A stretch of DNA of 64,000 nucleotides from an uncultured delta proteobacterium. GTDB lineage: Bacteria; Desulfobacterota; Desulfomonilia; Desulfomonilales; Desulfomonilaceae. Below, in pieces: positions 55,486-64,000 of the stretch. The number at the start of each line of letters is the position of its first letter. Position 1 is the first letter of the stretch. The notes beneath the pieces were generated by a model. That model saw only the letters and a program-made list of their open reading frames with translations. It did not search any database and was not told where the DNA came from. The stretch lies in NCBI GenBank assembly GCA_963789265.1, contig CAWBKB010000001.1, forward strand, positions 320,001 through 384,000, written 5' to 3'. Position numbers and translations under genes: made by a program.

Positions 55486-57025
55486 ATGCGTGCACGAAAT
55501 CAACTACTGATACGCTTAGCTTTGATTGCTCTCATCACGGTCGCCTCCAGTACCTAGCAGCGGCCAGGGTCTAACGGGTGCCCCCACTGAACCACAGCAC
55601 AAATACTCCACCCCAATGCCGCCCGGCATCGCGTCGCCAAACAAGGTAGAGACTCGCCTCGGGACCCTGAATTTCTTCGACGGATTTCCGGACAAGCCGA
55701 CTGTCGAGAAGCTCTTCGACAACCTGGACTTTCAGCGGGCCGTACAGTCCTACTTGCTGGCGATCCCGGCTGTGAGCCAAGCGGCGAACCGTAACGCGAT
55801 TCGCACCTTGGGCCCCAACAACACCGTTGTACCGATCTTCGAGCAGCTCACGGACTCACGGTCGATATTCCTCACGCTAAACAACAACACGGTTTACAGT
55901 TGGGCGTGGATTGATCTCAGCAAAGGCCCGGTGGTCTTGGAAGTGCCCCCTCAAGTGCTTGGCGAGATCAACGATATGTGGTGCCGCTGGGTCATCGATA
56001 TCGGCATCACAGGACCGGATGAGGGTAAAGGTGGCAAATATCTATTGCTACCACCAGGCTACAAGGGCGAGGTGCCGAGCGGCTACATCCTTGTGCGCTC
56101 TCCGACGGTCAACCTCTGGACTCCGTGGCGCAGCTTCCTCGTCAACGGCGATCCGAAGCCGGGCGTAGACCTTGTGAAGAAGTTTACGCGGATATACCCA
56201 CTATCCCAAGCTACCAATCCGCCGCGTTTGAAGTTCGTGGACCTCTCCGCAAAACCTTTCAACACCGTCGCCCCCGCAGACTACAGTTTTTGGGAGCTGC
56301 TCAATCAGGTGGTGCAGGAAGAGCCGACCGATTCGCTGGACCAGGTCAGGCTAGGCTTTTATGCTTCGATTGGCATACAGAAGGGCAAGGACTTCGCGCC
56401 GGACGAACGCATGAAGAAGATACTCACTGAGGCAGCGGCGGTGGGCGATGCCACAACCCGTGCCATCTGCTTCCACGCCCGCCAGAAGGAGGCTTACTAC
56501 TATTCGGACAGCGCCTGGCAGCCTCTGCTTATTGGTGGCTACAAATTCCAAACCCAGCCTGGGGTCCTCAACCTTGACGCTTATTCGTTCTACTACTTTT
56601 TTGGGATCGGCGTCACACCTGCCATGGAAGAAAAGATGGTCGGTCGCGGCTCGCAATACGCTTGGACCTGCTCCGACGCAAACCGGAATCCTCTTGATGG
56701 AGGGAGGAACTACAAGCTGCACTTGCCGCCCAATGTCCCTGTCAAAGAATTCTGGTCAGTGATCGTGTACAGCGACCAGACGCGCTCAATGCTCCAGACT
56801 GACCAGCGGTTTCCGAGCGTAAGCAGCCAAACCAAGGGACTCTTGGTAAATTCTGACGGGTCGGTAGATGTCTATTTCGGGCCAAAGGCCCCACCCCGCA
56901 AACAGAACAACTGGGTGCAGACTATCCCCGGCACGCGCTGGAACACGATCCTGCGCCTTTACGGGCCGCTAGAGCCGTGGTTCGATAAGGCATGGCGGCC
57001 GGGAGAGATCCTACTCCAGCCGTGA
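55486..57025 (+). CDS. DUF1254/DUF1214 secreted protein, frameshift in the signal region
   Basis: AAGGAGG RBS, VETRLGTL.F.DGFP, GPDEGKGGKYL, FWSVIVY, LRLYGP. Confidence 0.85.
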
Positions 57026-57653
57026 CCCGTAAACATCTTTCGTAGGTGGTGCTTCCGAGCGCTGCTGTGTCAATTTTGTTGCATTTGATCGTCTTAAAAT
57101 TTTCGCGGTCAAATGCCCTGTCAGACTTGTTCTCCCGATGCGTCGGGAGACATAGATTTAGTCCGGAATTTTAACTGGGAGTGACTTAGCGGAGCGGTAC
57201 CAGTAACTGATAAACTGTTTGGGACGAGAATCTGCGAAATTTTGATTGACGATGGGGTGAGGTACGGACAAAGCCGGCAAAATCAGGCCCTGTGAACCAA
57301 ATAACGATGGTTTTGCTTGCGTCAGGTCGTTCGGAAATCCAATCGGTGACCTTTCGGGGGTCAGCGGAAGAGCTACCTCCCCGTCACACAAAGCCTCCGG
57401 ACGCTCAAGATGGCTGGGAGGCTGTTGCGTAATCCCGCGTCCGCGGGACGGAACGTGTCCGGGGCACCGGGCTTGCATGGGCGGTACCCACATGCTGCGT
57501 TGCAGCAGGATCGGCCATCAAGAGATCCCCCATGCGGCGCTCCTCGGCAAATAGAGATTAGGAGGAGCCATCGAAATCGATGTGTAGATCCAAATGGCCT
57601 ATTAGTGAATGAGCCAAGCATAGACCTGCCCCCCGCGCACATTTCACTTTGTC

Positions 57654-57778
57654 CACTTGGCACAACACCTCAGTTCGAGATGACCGCGTCGAACTTCGAG
57701 TTTTGGACGGTTCAGGGTGGAGCAGCGTATGAATTTAAAAAGGGCTATTCGATTCTTGGGGGATTCATGTGGTCTCAG
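57654..57778 (+). repeat. 125-bp isolated copy of an internal segment of the gene at 59991-61010
   Basis: Matches 60436-60560 with 7 mismatches. Confidence 0.92.
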
Positions 57779-57794
57779 GAGGTAAATGAGCGAA

Positions 57795-59480
57795 TCAAAA
57801 ACTGAAACTCATTGAGCACCGGCTTGCAAAAATATGGTCAATGGTCCGCCCTGGATTAGTGCCCCAGAAGTTTCCGGGTACCGGTACGTTCCAGCCGGGT
57901 ACAGCTCTGTCTATGCAGGCATATCTAAACCATTTTCCAGGTTGCCAGTACCCGACGAGAAATTCGAGATCCAATCCTTCCAGCCACGTCCATTCCAGGC
58001 CCGCATTTATCTCCCAGCCGAGCGCGGTATCCGGAATATTCGGCGAACCGGTCGCGCCGTTTATTGCAAACTGGATGTTTCCGTCGTTTGCTGTGGGTAC
58101 AAACTGCGGCGGCATCGCGGGGTCATTGGGGGCTATGCAGGCCCAGCCGTAACCGTTGGCAGTCCTCTCCGCCCAAAGAAAGGTCCCGAACACATTCAGG
58201 TTTGCTGCCACAGCATAATCCAGTCTCGTCCCGAGCACCCAAGCATCCCGCAAATAGCCGTCCAGAGAGAGGTTATAACCATTGAAACCTCCTCCATAAC
58301 TGTAGCTCAGGATGTAACTGTACGGCCGGAACACATCAACATTACCTAGTAGAGTGTCAAAGCTGGGATGCCACACAAATGCAGCGGATTGTCTGCCTAT
58401 CAAGGCCGAGTTCCTCCGATCGGGTCCAGGCGTCCACGCATAGAGGAATGATAACTTTGCCGGTCCACTCACCACCCCTGTCTCGGCCATGTAACGCCAT
58501 TGCTCGGTGTCTCGCGGGTTGGGGAGGTGAGCGAAAGCATCGGCCCTGGACAACCGATCGTTCCAATAGAGCCACGCAGCCTCTGCATTCAAAAAGAACC
58601 TACCGTTGAAGTACTTTTCGAAAATTGTCCCGTGAAAATATCCCGAATCCTGCCCCAAATCAGGGGCTGCCACCAGGGACGGTGCTGCCGCGCCCAGTAA
58701 TTGCGCCTCCGGGCCAATGTGATATCCCCCGTACGATGCGAGAATACCCGCCTGAAACGGACCGTCGATATATGCCACGTATGACACTATGTCATTGGTG
58801 ATCACACCGCTCTTGTCCGCGTGATTGAAGTAAGGCGCTGCAATAGGATCGTACGGATCGATGGTTATGGTCTCTCCCGGGCTTGTAGGCGTGTGCGAAC
58901 AGAACCCGACACCTATGTCAAACGGGCCGTAAGGAGCGTTCAAAATCATGGACTCAGTCGTAAGAGCATCAGAGCCGTCATACTGAAAGCCCGTTCCGAA
59001 TTTCCATCGTCGCTTCCCTACTCCGAAGGTGCCCCAAGGCAATGAAGCAGTAGCCCAGAACATCGTCAACTTCGCTTTGCTGAAAGCGTTATCAGTGCCA
59101 AGAGCATCTTGGGTAAAGTAATGGCTTATCTGGGGAACGCTCCATTTTTCAAGGCGGAATCTTGCTTGAAGCTTTATAGCCGAATTGATATTTACCACAG
59201 GCTCGAATACTCCATCGATGTACGATATGCCGTGGTCCTGCCCGGTGACGATGTCTTGGGTAAGTCTTGGACCGTTCCACCAGTAGTTGAGATTGGCTGT
59301 TGTCGTACCTACTCCCCTGTCAATATTGTACCGTCCGAAAAGGCCGTTGGAACCTGACTGACTGTAAAACTCGTTGGTCCACGTCAACGAGCCGGTCATC
59401 TGAAATTCCCATCCCGGAGCGGGAACAGCACCAAGGCGCACAACCGCTACCGCTGCCAACACGTGCCCGATTCTAGTCAC
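57795..59480 (-). CDS. Outer-membrane beta-barrel protein, paralogue of 18943-20649
   Basis: WEFQMTG, NGRFFLNAE, RLDYAVAANLNVFG, YWQPGKWF, C-terminal F. Confidence 0.75.
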   Translation of the reverse strand: MTRIGHVLAAVAVVRLGAVPAPGWEFQMTGSLTWTNEFYSQSGSNGLFGRYNIDRGVGTTTANLNYWWNGPRLTQDIVTGQDHGISYIDGVFEPVVNINSAIKLQARFRLEKWSVPQISHYFTQDALGTDNAFSKAKLTMFWATASLPWGTFGVGKRRWKFGTGFQYDGSDALTTESMILNAPYGPFDIGVGFCSHTPTSPGETITIDPYDPIAAPYFNHADKSGVITNDIVSYVAYIDGPFQAGILASYGGYHIGPEAQLLGAAAPSLVAAPDLGQDSGYFHGTIFEKYFNGRFFLNAEAAWLYWNDRLSRADAFAHLPNPRDTEQWRYMAETGVVSGPAKLSFLYAWTPGPDRRNSALIGRQSAAFVWHPSFDTLLGNVDVFRPYSYILSYSYGGGFNGYNLSLDGYLRDAWVLGTRLDYAVAANLNVFGTFLWAERTANGYGWACIAPNDPAMPPQFVPTANDGNIQFAINGATGSPNIPDTALGWEINAGLEWTWLEGLDLEFLVGYWQPGKWFRYACIDRAVPGWNVPVPGNFWGTNPGRTIDHIFASRCSMSFSF

Positions 59481-59990
59481 TTATCAACCTGCCTAATCAA
59501 ATGCACTTAGTCAAATTTCACTCCATAACGGAACCAGCAGAGATCTCCAGACAAATTGCCGACCCCAAGCTCCGCGACCGCGAGAGCCCACAACGTTGGA
59601 AACTACTTTTTTGTCGTTGGGAACCCTGGATTTTGCCCTTTCTAGACCCTACTTCACTGTTGTCCCAGCGGTCAATCACTTTTTCGTTTTGTTTTTTGAA
59701 ACAACATCCCAGTATTATGTTATTCCCCACCCAACGTGTACCCTGCCTTGCTGACGGTCACGTTCAGCAAAAAAAAACTTTCCCCTTTTGACGCATTCAT
59801 GTAAGATGCTGTCATTCGTAAGTTAATGATTTCATAAGAAAAGAAAACATGGCTCTCCGGGCCGACGATGTCCGCCGCCCAGGTTGATGTCCTCGCCACC
59901 TTTCGGGAGAGCCGGGCTTCCGCCTTGGAGGGCGGTTTTTGTCGCCTTCTTTTGTTCCGAGTGTTTTTGCATTACTGGGGGTATGGATTC

Positions 59991-61010
59991 ATGAAAAAGA
60001 TTTTATTGGTGGTGCTACTGCTGGGGATGCTTTTCCCGTCGGCCCTTTTGGGTCAAAGTATGTCCTCTTGCCTAATTCCTGCGAGTTCCCCGTCTTTACA
60101 ATCAACTTGCGAAGAATCCGGCGGGGGAAGCTTGTTTTCCAACCTTCCATTGCTCAAGACGCTGAAGGCTAAGAAAATCCTACTCAATCCGTCTGTGCAA
60201 ATCGGCTACCAGCACATTGGGGCAAATATGAGCATCCCTATCTCATCCGTTACCGGTACGGCCGCCGGACTGCTTCAGGTCGGCACGGTGGATGTGGCTC
60301 TGCAAAACTTTAATTTCTGGTCGGGAACCGTCGGTCTCAATGTCGTGGCCGCCCCATTCACGTTATTCGGATCCGCAACCGGTTACGCACCGCATATATT
60401 CCAGTTGTCAGGCCAAATCCCGATTACACTTGGTACACTGGGCGCAACGCCTCAGTTCGAGATGACTGCGTCCAACTTCGAGTTTTGGACGGTTCAGGGT
60501 GGAGCAGCGTATGAATTTAAAAAGGGCTATTCGATTCTCGGCGGATTCATGTGGTCTCAGATGGAAGCAGAGTTTGAGAATCCTCGAACTGCCTCCGGGC
60601 CATTACAGAACCAAACGATTCGTGGTGATGTGTTGCTGAAAATAGGGGTGCCTTTTCTCGGGATTCAGTATATGCAAGAGGGTTATTACCGAGCCGCCTT
60701 ACTTTACAGTCCTGTCGCCTGGTCTCAAGGCGCTCTTGACTTCAGGTCCTCCCAGCAAACATTGGCTGACCTGAGTTACTCCTTGAACCAGCCAGGGAAT
60801 TTTGTAGCAGTGACTGCCGAATATTATATTAAGTTCGCCCCTACGGTTAGTTTGAGCATGTGGTTTAACGGCAGCCTGGTCAACATAAGAGGCAGCTCAG
60901 ACCTCGAATTTACAACCGCTGGGCCGGCTACCTTTCGGACAAGGGACGTGACCATAACGAACACGCAATATCTGCTTGGAGGCGGAATTACTTTCGGACT
61001 GATATTTTGA
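59991..61010 (+). CDS. Putative outer-membrane beta-barrel protein
   Basis: Signal peptide MKKILLVVLL, alternating beta-strand pattern, ends GGGITFGLIF. Confidence 0.7.
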   Translation: MKKILLVVLLLGMLFPSALLGQSMSSCLIPASSPSLQSTCEESGGGSLFSNLPLLKTLKAKKILLNPSVQIGYQHIGANMSIPISSVTGTAAGLLQVGTVDVALQNFNFWSGTVGLNVVAAPFTLFGSATGYAPHIFQLSGQIPITLGTLGATPQFEMTASNFEFWTVQGGAAYEFKKGYSILGGFMWSQMEAEFENPRTASGPLQNQTIRGDVLLKIGVPFLGIQYMQEGYYRAALLYSPVAWSQGALDFRSSQQTLADLSYSLNQPGNFVAVTAEYYIKFAPTVSLSMWFNGSLVNIRGSSDLEFTTAGPATFRTRDVTITNTQYLLGGGITFGLIF

Positions 61011-61045
61011 TCAGCTAAAGAGGCGTCTGTTGTATTGTAGATAGT

Positions 61046-61074
61046 TTGACAGAATGTACATTTCACATTAAGAT
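61046..61074 (+). promoter_or_regulatory. Sigma70-type promoter
   Basis: TTGACA-17 nt-TAAGAT. Confidence 0.6.
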
Positions 61075-61209
61075 TAACAAGACAATTGAATAGAGTTATT
61101 GGCAGTTGCAACTGACAAAACATTGATACCTTCCAGCCGGAAATTGAATTCCGGCCTGTGTTAAAGATTAAGTGTGGTTCTTGAAATCCGGTGATGCAAT
61201 GGGGGAGTA

Positions 61210-63616
61210 ATGGGAAAATCCTGCACGATCATAGTAATTGGGGCCACGTTTCTCCTTGTAGCGGGTGTGTGGACACTTAAGCAGGGTGCCATAGCCACAG
61301 CAGGAGAGATCTCCCGCACCACGTCTTCATCGCAAGGTTATACCGGCTCGTCCAGTTGCCGGAAATGCCACGAGAAGTTTTATCAGTTGTGGGCGCCTTC
61401 GCACCATGGGTTGGCCTTGCAGCCCTATACTGCCGAATTGGCCCGCAACAAGCTCTCCCCCCAGGCGGAAGACATAGTCATCGGAGACTTTAGCTATCAT
61501 GCGGACATCACGGGCCGAGACCGGTTGGGTTGTTGAACGCGGGCCTGAAGGTGAAAAGAAGTACAGGATCGAGCACGCGATGGGCGGCAAAAATGTCTAC
61601 TATTTTCTCACCGCTCTGGATCGCGGACGCCTTCAGACTCTGCCCGTAGCTTACGACGTGAACAAGAAAGAATGGTTCGACATGGCTGCCAGCGGAGTGC
61701 GCCACTTCCCTGGGCACACCGATGAACCCATAAACTGGAAGGACTGGCAGTACACTTTCAACACGGCCTGTTACGCATGCCATGTAAGCCAAGTTTCAAC
61801 AAACTATGACCTCAAGACGGATACGTACCATACAGTCTGGAAAGAGCCCGGAATAAACTGCGAGACCTGCCACGGACCTGCCCGCGAGCACATTCGCGTC
61901 TGTGAAGCCGCGCCAAAGGGGACCGTTCCAAAGGATCTGAAAATCACACGAGGCGGCAGAGATTTCACCCACAAACAGAACAACGCGACATGTTCAAGCT
62001 GTCATGCCAAGGCGGTCGTGCTGACCACCACGTTCAAACCGGGGGACAAATTCTTCGACCATTTTGGTTTGGTAACGCTCGAAAACCAGGACTATTACCC
62101 TGATGGCCGTGATCTGGGAGAGAACTATACGTATACCTCGTGGCTCATGAGCCCATGTGTGAAGTCCGGTAAGCTCGATTGCCTGAACTGCCACACATCC
62201 AGTGGCCGGTACAAGTTCAAGGCAGACGATAAGGCTAACCAGGCGTGCATGCCTTGCCATAAGGACAAGGTCAGCAATCCGACTGAGCACACGCGCCACA
62301 AAGTCGACAGCCGGGGAAGCAAGTGCATCGCTTGCCACATGCCCACAACGGAGTTTGCTCGCATGCGAAGGACCGACCATTCCATGCTTCCACCGGCTCC
62401 GGCGGCCACGACAGCTTTTGAATCACCTAACGCTTGTAATCTCTGCCACAAGGACAAGACTCCCCAGTGGGCCGACGAATGGGTTCGCAAATGGCGCAAG
62501 CGAGATTATCAGGCGGCAGTGCTTCAACGAGCAGGGCTGATCGCCGCGGCACGCAGAGGTGACTGGAGCAAGCTCCCGGAGATGCTCGACTACGTGACGA
62601 GCAAAGATCGTGACGAGATCTTTGCGAAGTCGCTCATTCGCCTTTTCCCGGCTTCCGCAGACCCGCGGGTGGTGCCGGTGCTGCTCAAGGCGATCAAGGA
62701 CTCCTCACCGCTCGTACGTGCTGCAACCGTTCAAGCTCTGCAAAACGTTCCTACGAAAGAATCTGTGCAGGCTCGGGTAGAGGCGGCCGGAGATGAGTAT
62801 CGCCTTGTTCGCGTCCGTGCGGCAGCGTCGCTTGCCGGTTATAGGAACCTCCCGGTGCCGTATGCGGACAACAAAAAAGTCGAAGCTGCAAACAAGGAGT
62901 ACCTGGCTTCGATCCTATCAAGGCCGGATCAGTGGGATTCCCATTACAATCTGGGCAACTACTATCTAGATCGCGGCAATTTTAAGCAAGCAGTTGCCTC
63001 GTATGGGACAGCGCTCAAGATGGAGCCCCGCGGCGTTCTGGCCATGGTCAACGAAGCAATGGCGTATGTCCGTATGGGAGAAAACCAAAAGGCTGTTGAG
63101 GCTTTGCAAGATGCACTGAAGGTAGCTCCCGACAACGCTGCCGCGAATTTTAACATGGGCCTGCTCAAGGCCGAGGAGAATGATCTCGTCACGGCAGAGA
63201 AGCACCTTCGAGCAGCTTTCAAGTCCGATCCTCAGATGGCTCAAGCAGCGTACAACCTCGGCGTAATTCTCTCGAAGGATCGTCTCGACGAAGCAGTAGA
63301 CTTCTGCCGAAAAGCTGCGGAACTCCGGCCGGATCAGCCCAAGTACGCCTTTACTCTGGCTTTCTATCAGCAACAGCAGGGAGACCTTCCTGGCGCTGCC
63401 CGCGTACTGGAGGGCCTCATCACTAAATATCCGGCCTATGCCGATGCGTATGTGCTCCTCGGTGGAATCTATGAAAGGCAGGGGAAAAAGGCCGACGCCC
63501 AGGAAGTGTACAACAAGGCGCTGGCGGCCGACGGCATACCGGACCAGTACAAGGTTCGCATGAAAATGGGCCTGGAAGCCCTGAGGAGGGCCTCTACAGA
63601 CGCGCGAGGGAAGTGA
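61210..63616 (+). CDS. Multihaem cytochrome c (8 CxxCH) with HEAT and TPR repeats, frameshift near 61515
   Basis: CRKCH, CYACH, CETCH, CSSCH, CLNCH, CMPCH, CIACH, CNLCH; YNLG-type TPRs. Confidence 0.85.
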
Positions 63617-63763
63617 TTTGTTCCACAACTTCATTTGAGTAAATTCGACAGGAAGGAGGTGAGGAAAAAGGTACAAGAACATTAATGGTCGAATGTTGAA
63701 GATCGTAGGAAATTGATATCCAGACCTTGCTCTTGAGCAAAGTTACGAAAGGACGAGAAAATA

Positions 63764-64000
63764 ATGCGAAGACAACGAATTACAGTAATGGCCTTTGCCG
63801 CAATTTGTCTTGTTCTGGCTTTCATGGCGGCCGAAACGTTTGCGGCAGACAAGAAGCCGAACATCATCATGCTCATGACCGACGATACCGGCTGGAATGA
63901 TTTTGGTTGCTATTCGGGTGGGGGCGCGGCCCTCGGCCATCCGACACCAAACGTAGATCGCATGGCCAAGGAAGGTGCTGTTTTTACCTGCTGGTACGGC
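63764..64000 (+). CDS. Arylsulfatase, N-terminal part (runs off the window)
   Basis: Signal peptide, KPNIIMLMTDDTGWND, PTPNVDRMAKEG. Confidence 0.88.
   Translation, partial: MRRQRITVMAFAAICLVLAFMAAETFAADKKPNIIMLMTDDTGWNDFGCYSGGGAALGHPTPNVDRMAKEGAVFTCWYG

Noticed and set aside
57654..57778. DGR template/variable repeat pair with 60436-60560
   Set aside because: Mismatches are not adenine-specific and are mostly synonymous; the repeat is mid-gene and no DGR RT is adjacent

Overview
Bacterial chromosome segment. Gene content and the paralogous outer-membrane protein families suggest a Desulfomonile-like deltaproteobacterium (inference). From left to right: (1) a type I-C-like CRISPR array (26 repeats visible, cut by the window edge) with a minus-strand operon WYL regulator-cas5-cas8(+internal cas11)-cas7-cas3-cas4-cas1-cas2 and an MNT-HEPN toxin-antitoxin pair; (2) housekeeping genes (methylmalonyl-CoA mutase and epimerase, biotin carrier, Rrf2 regulator, porin-like protein); (3) an accessory zone full of REP-like palindromes, holding an RT + structured intergenic RNA candidate + SLATT locus (DRT10/DRT9-like) whose RT is split by an ISKra4-like IS with a clean 9-bp target duplication; (4) a hybrid kinase / phosphatase / adenylate cyclase signalling cluster; (5) a decayed IS5; (6) a cluster behind a sigma54-type promoter joining an NAD(P)/FAD Fe-S oxidoreductase, Rieske protein, cytochrome b and pentahaem cytochrome c to a clade II nitrous oxide reductase operon; (7) a tRNA-Pro 3' remnant that looks like an island att site; (8) DUF1254, outer-membrane, multihaem-TPR and arylsulfatase genes. 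Many genes carry single-base frameshifts, most likely consensus errors. All assignments come from motif reading by eye; no database searches were run.
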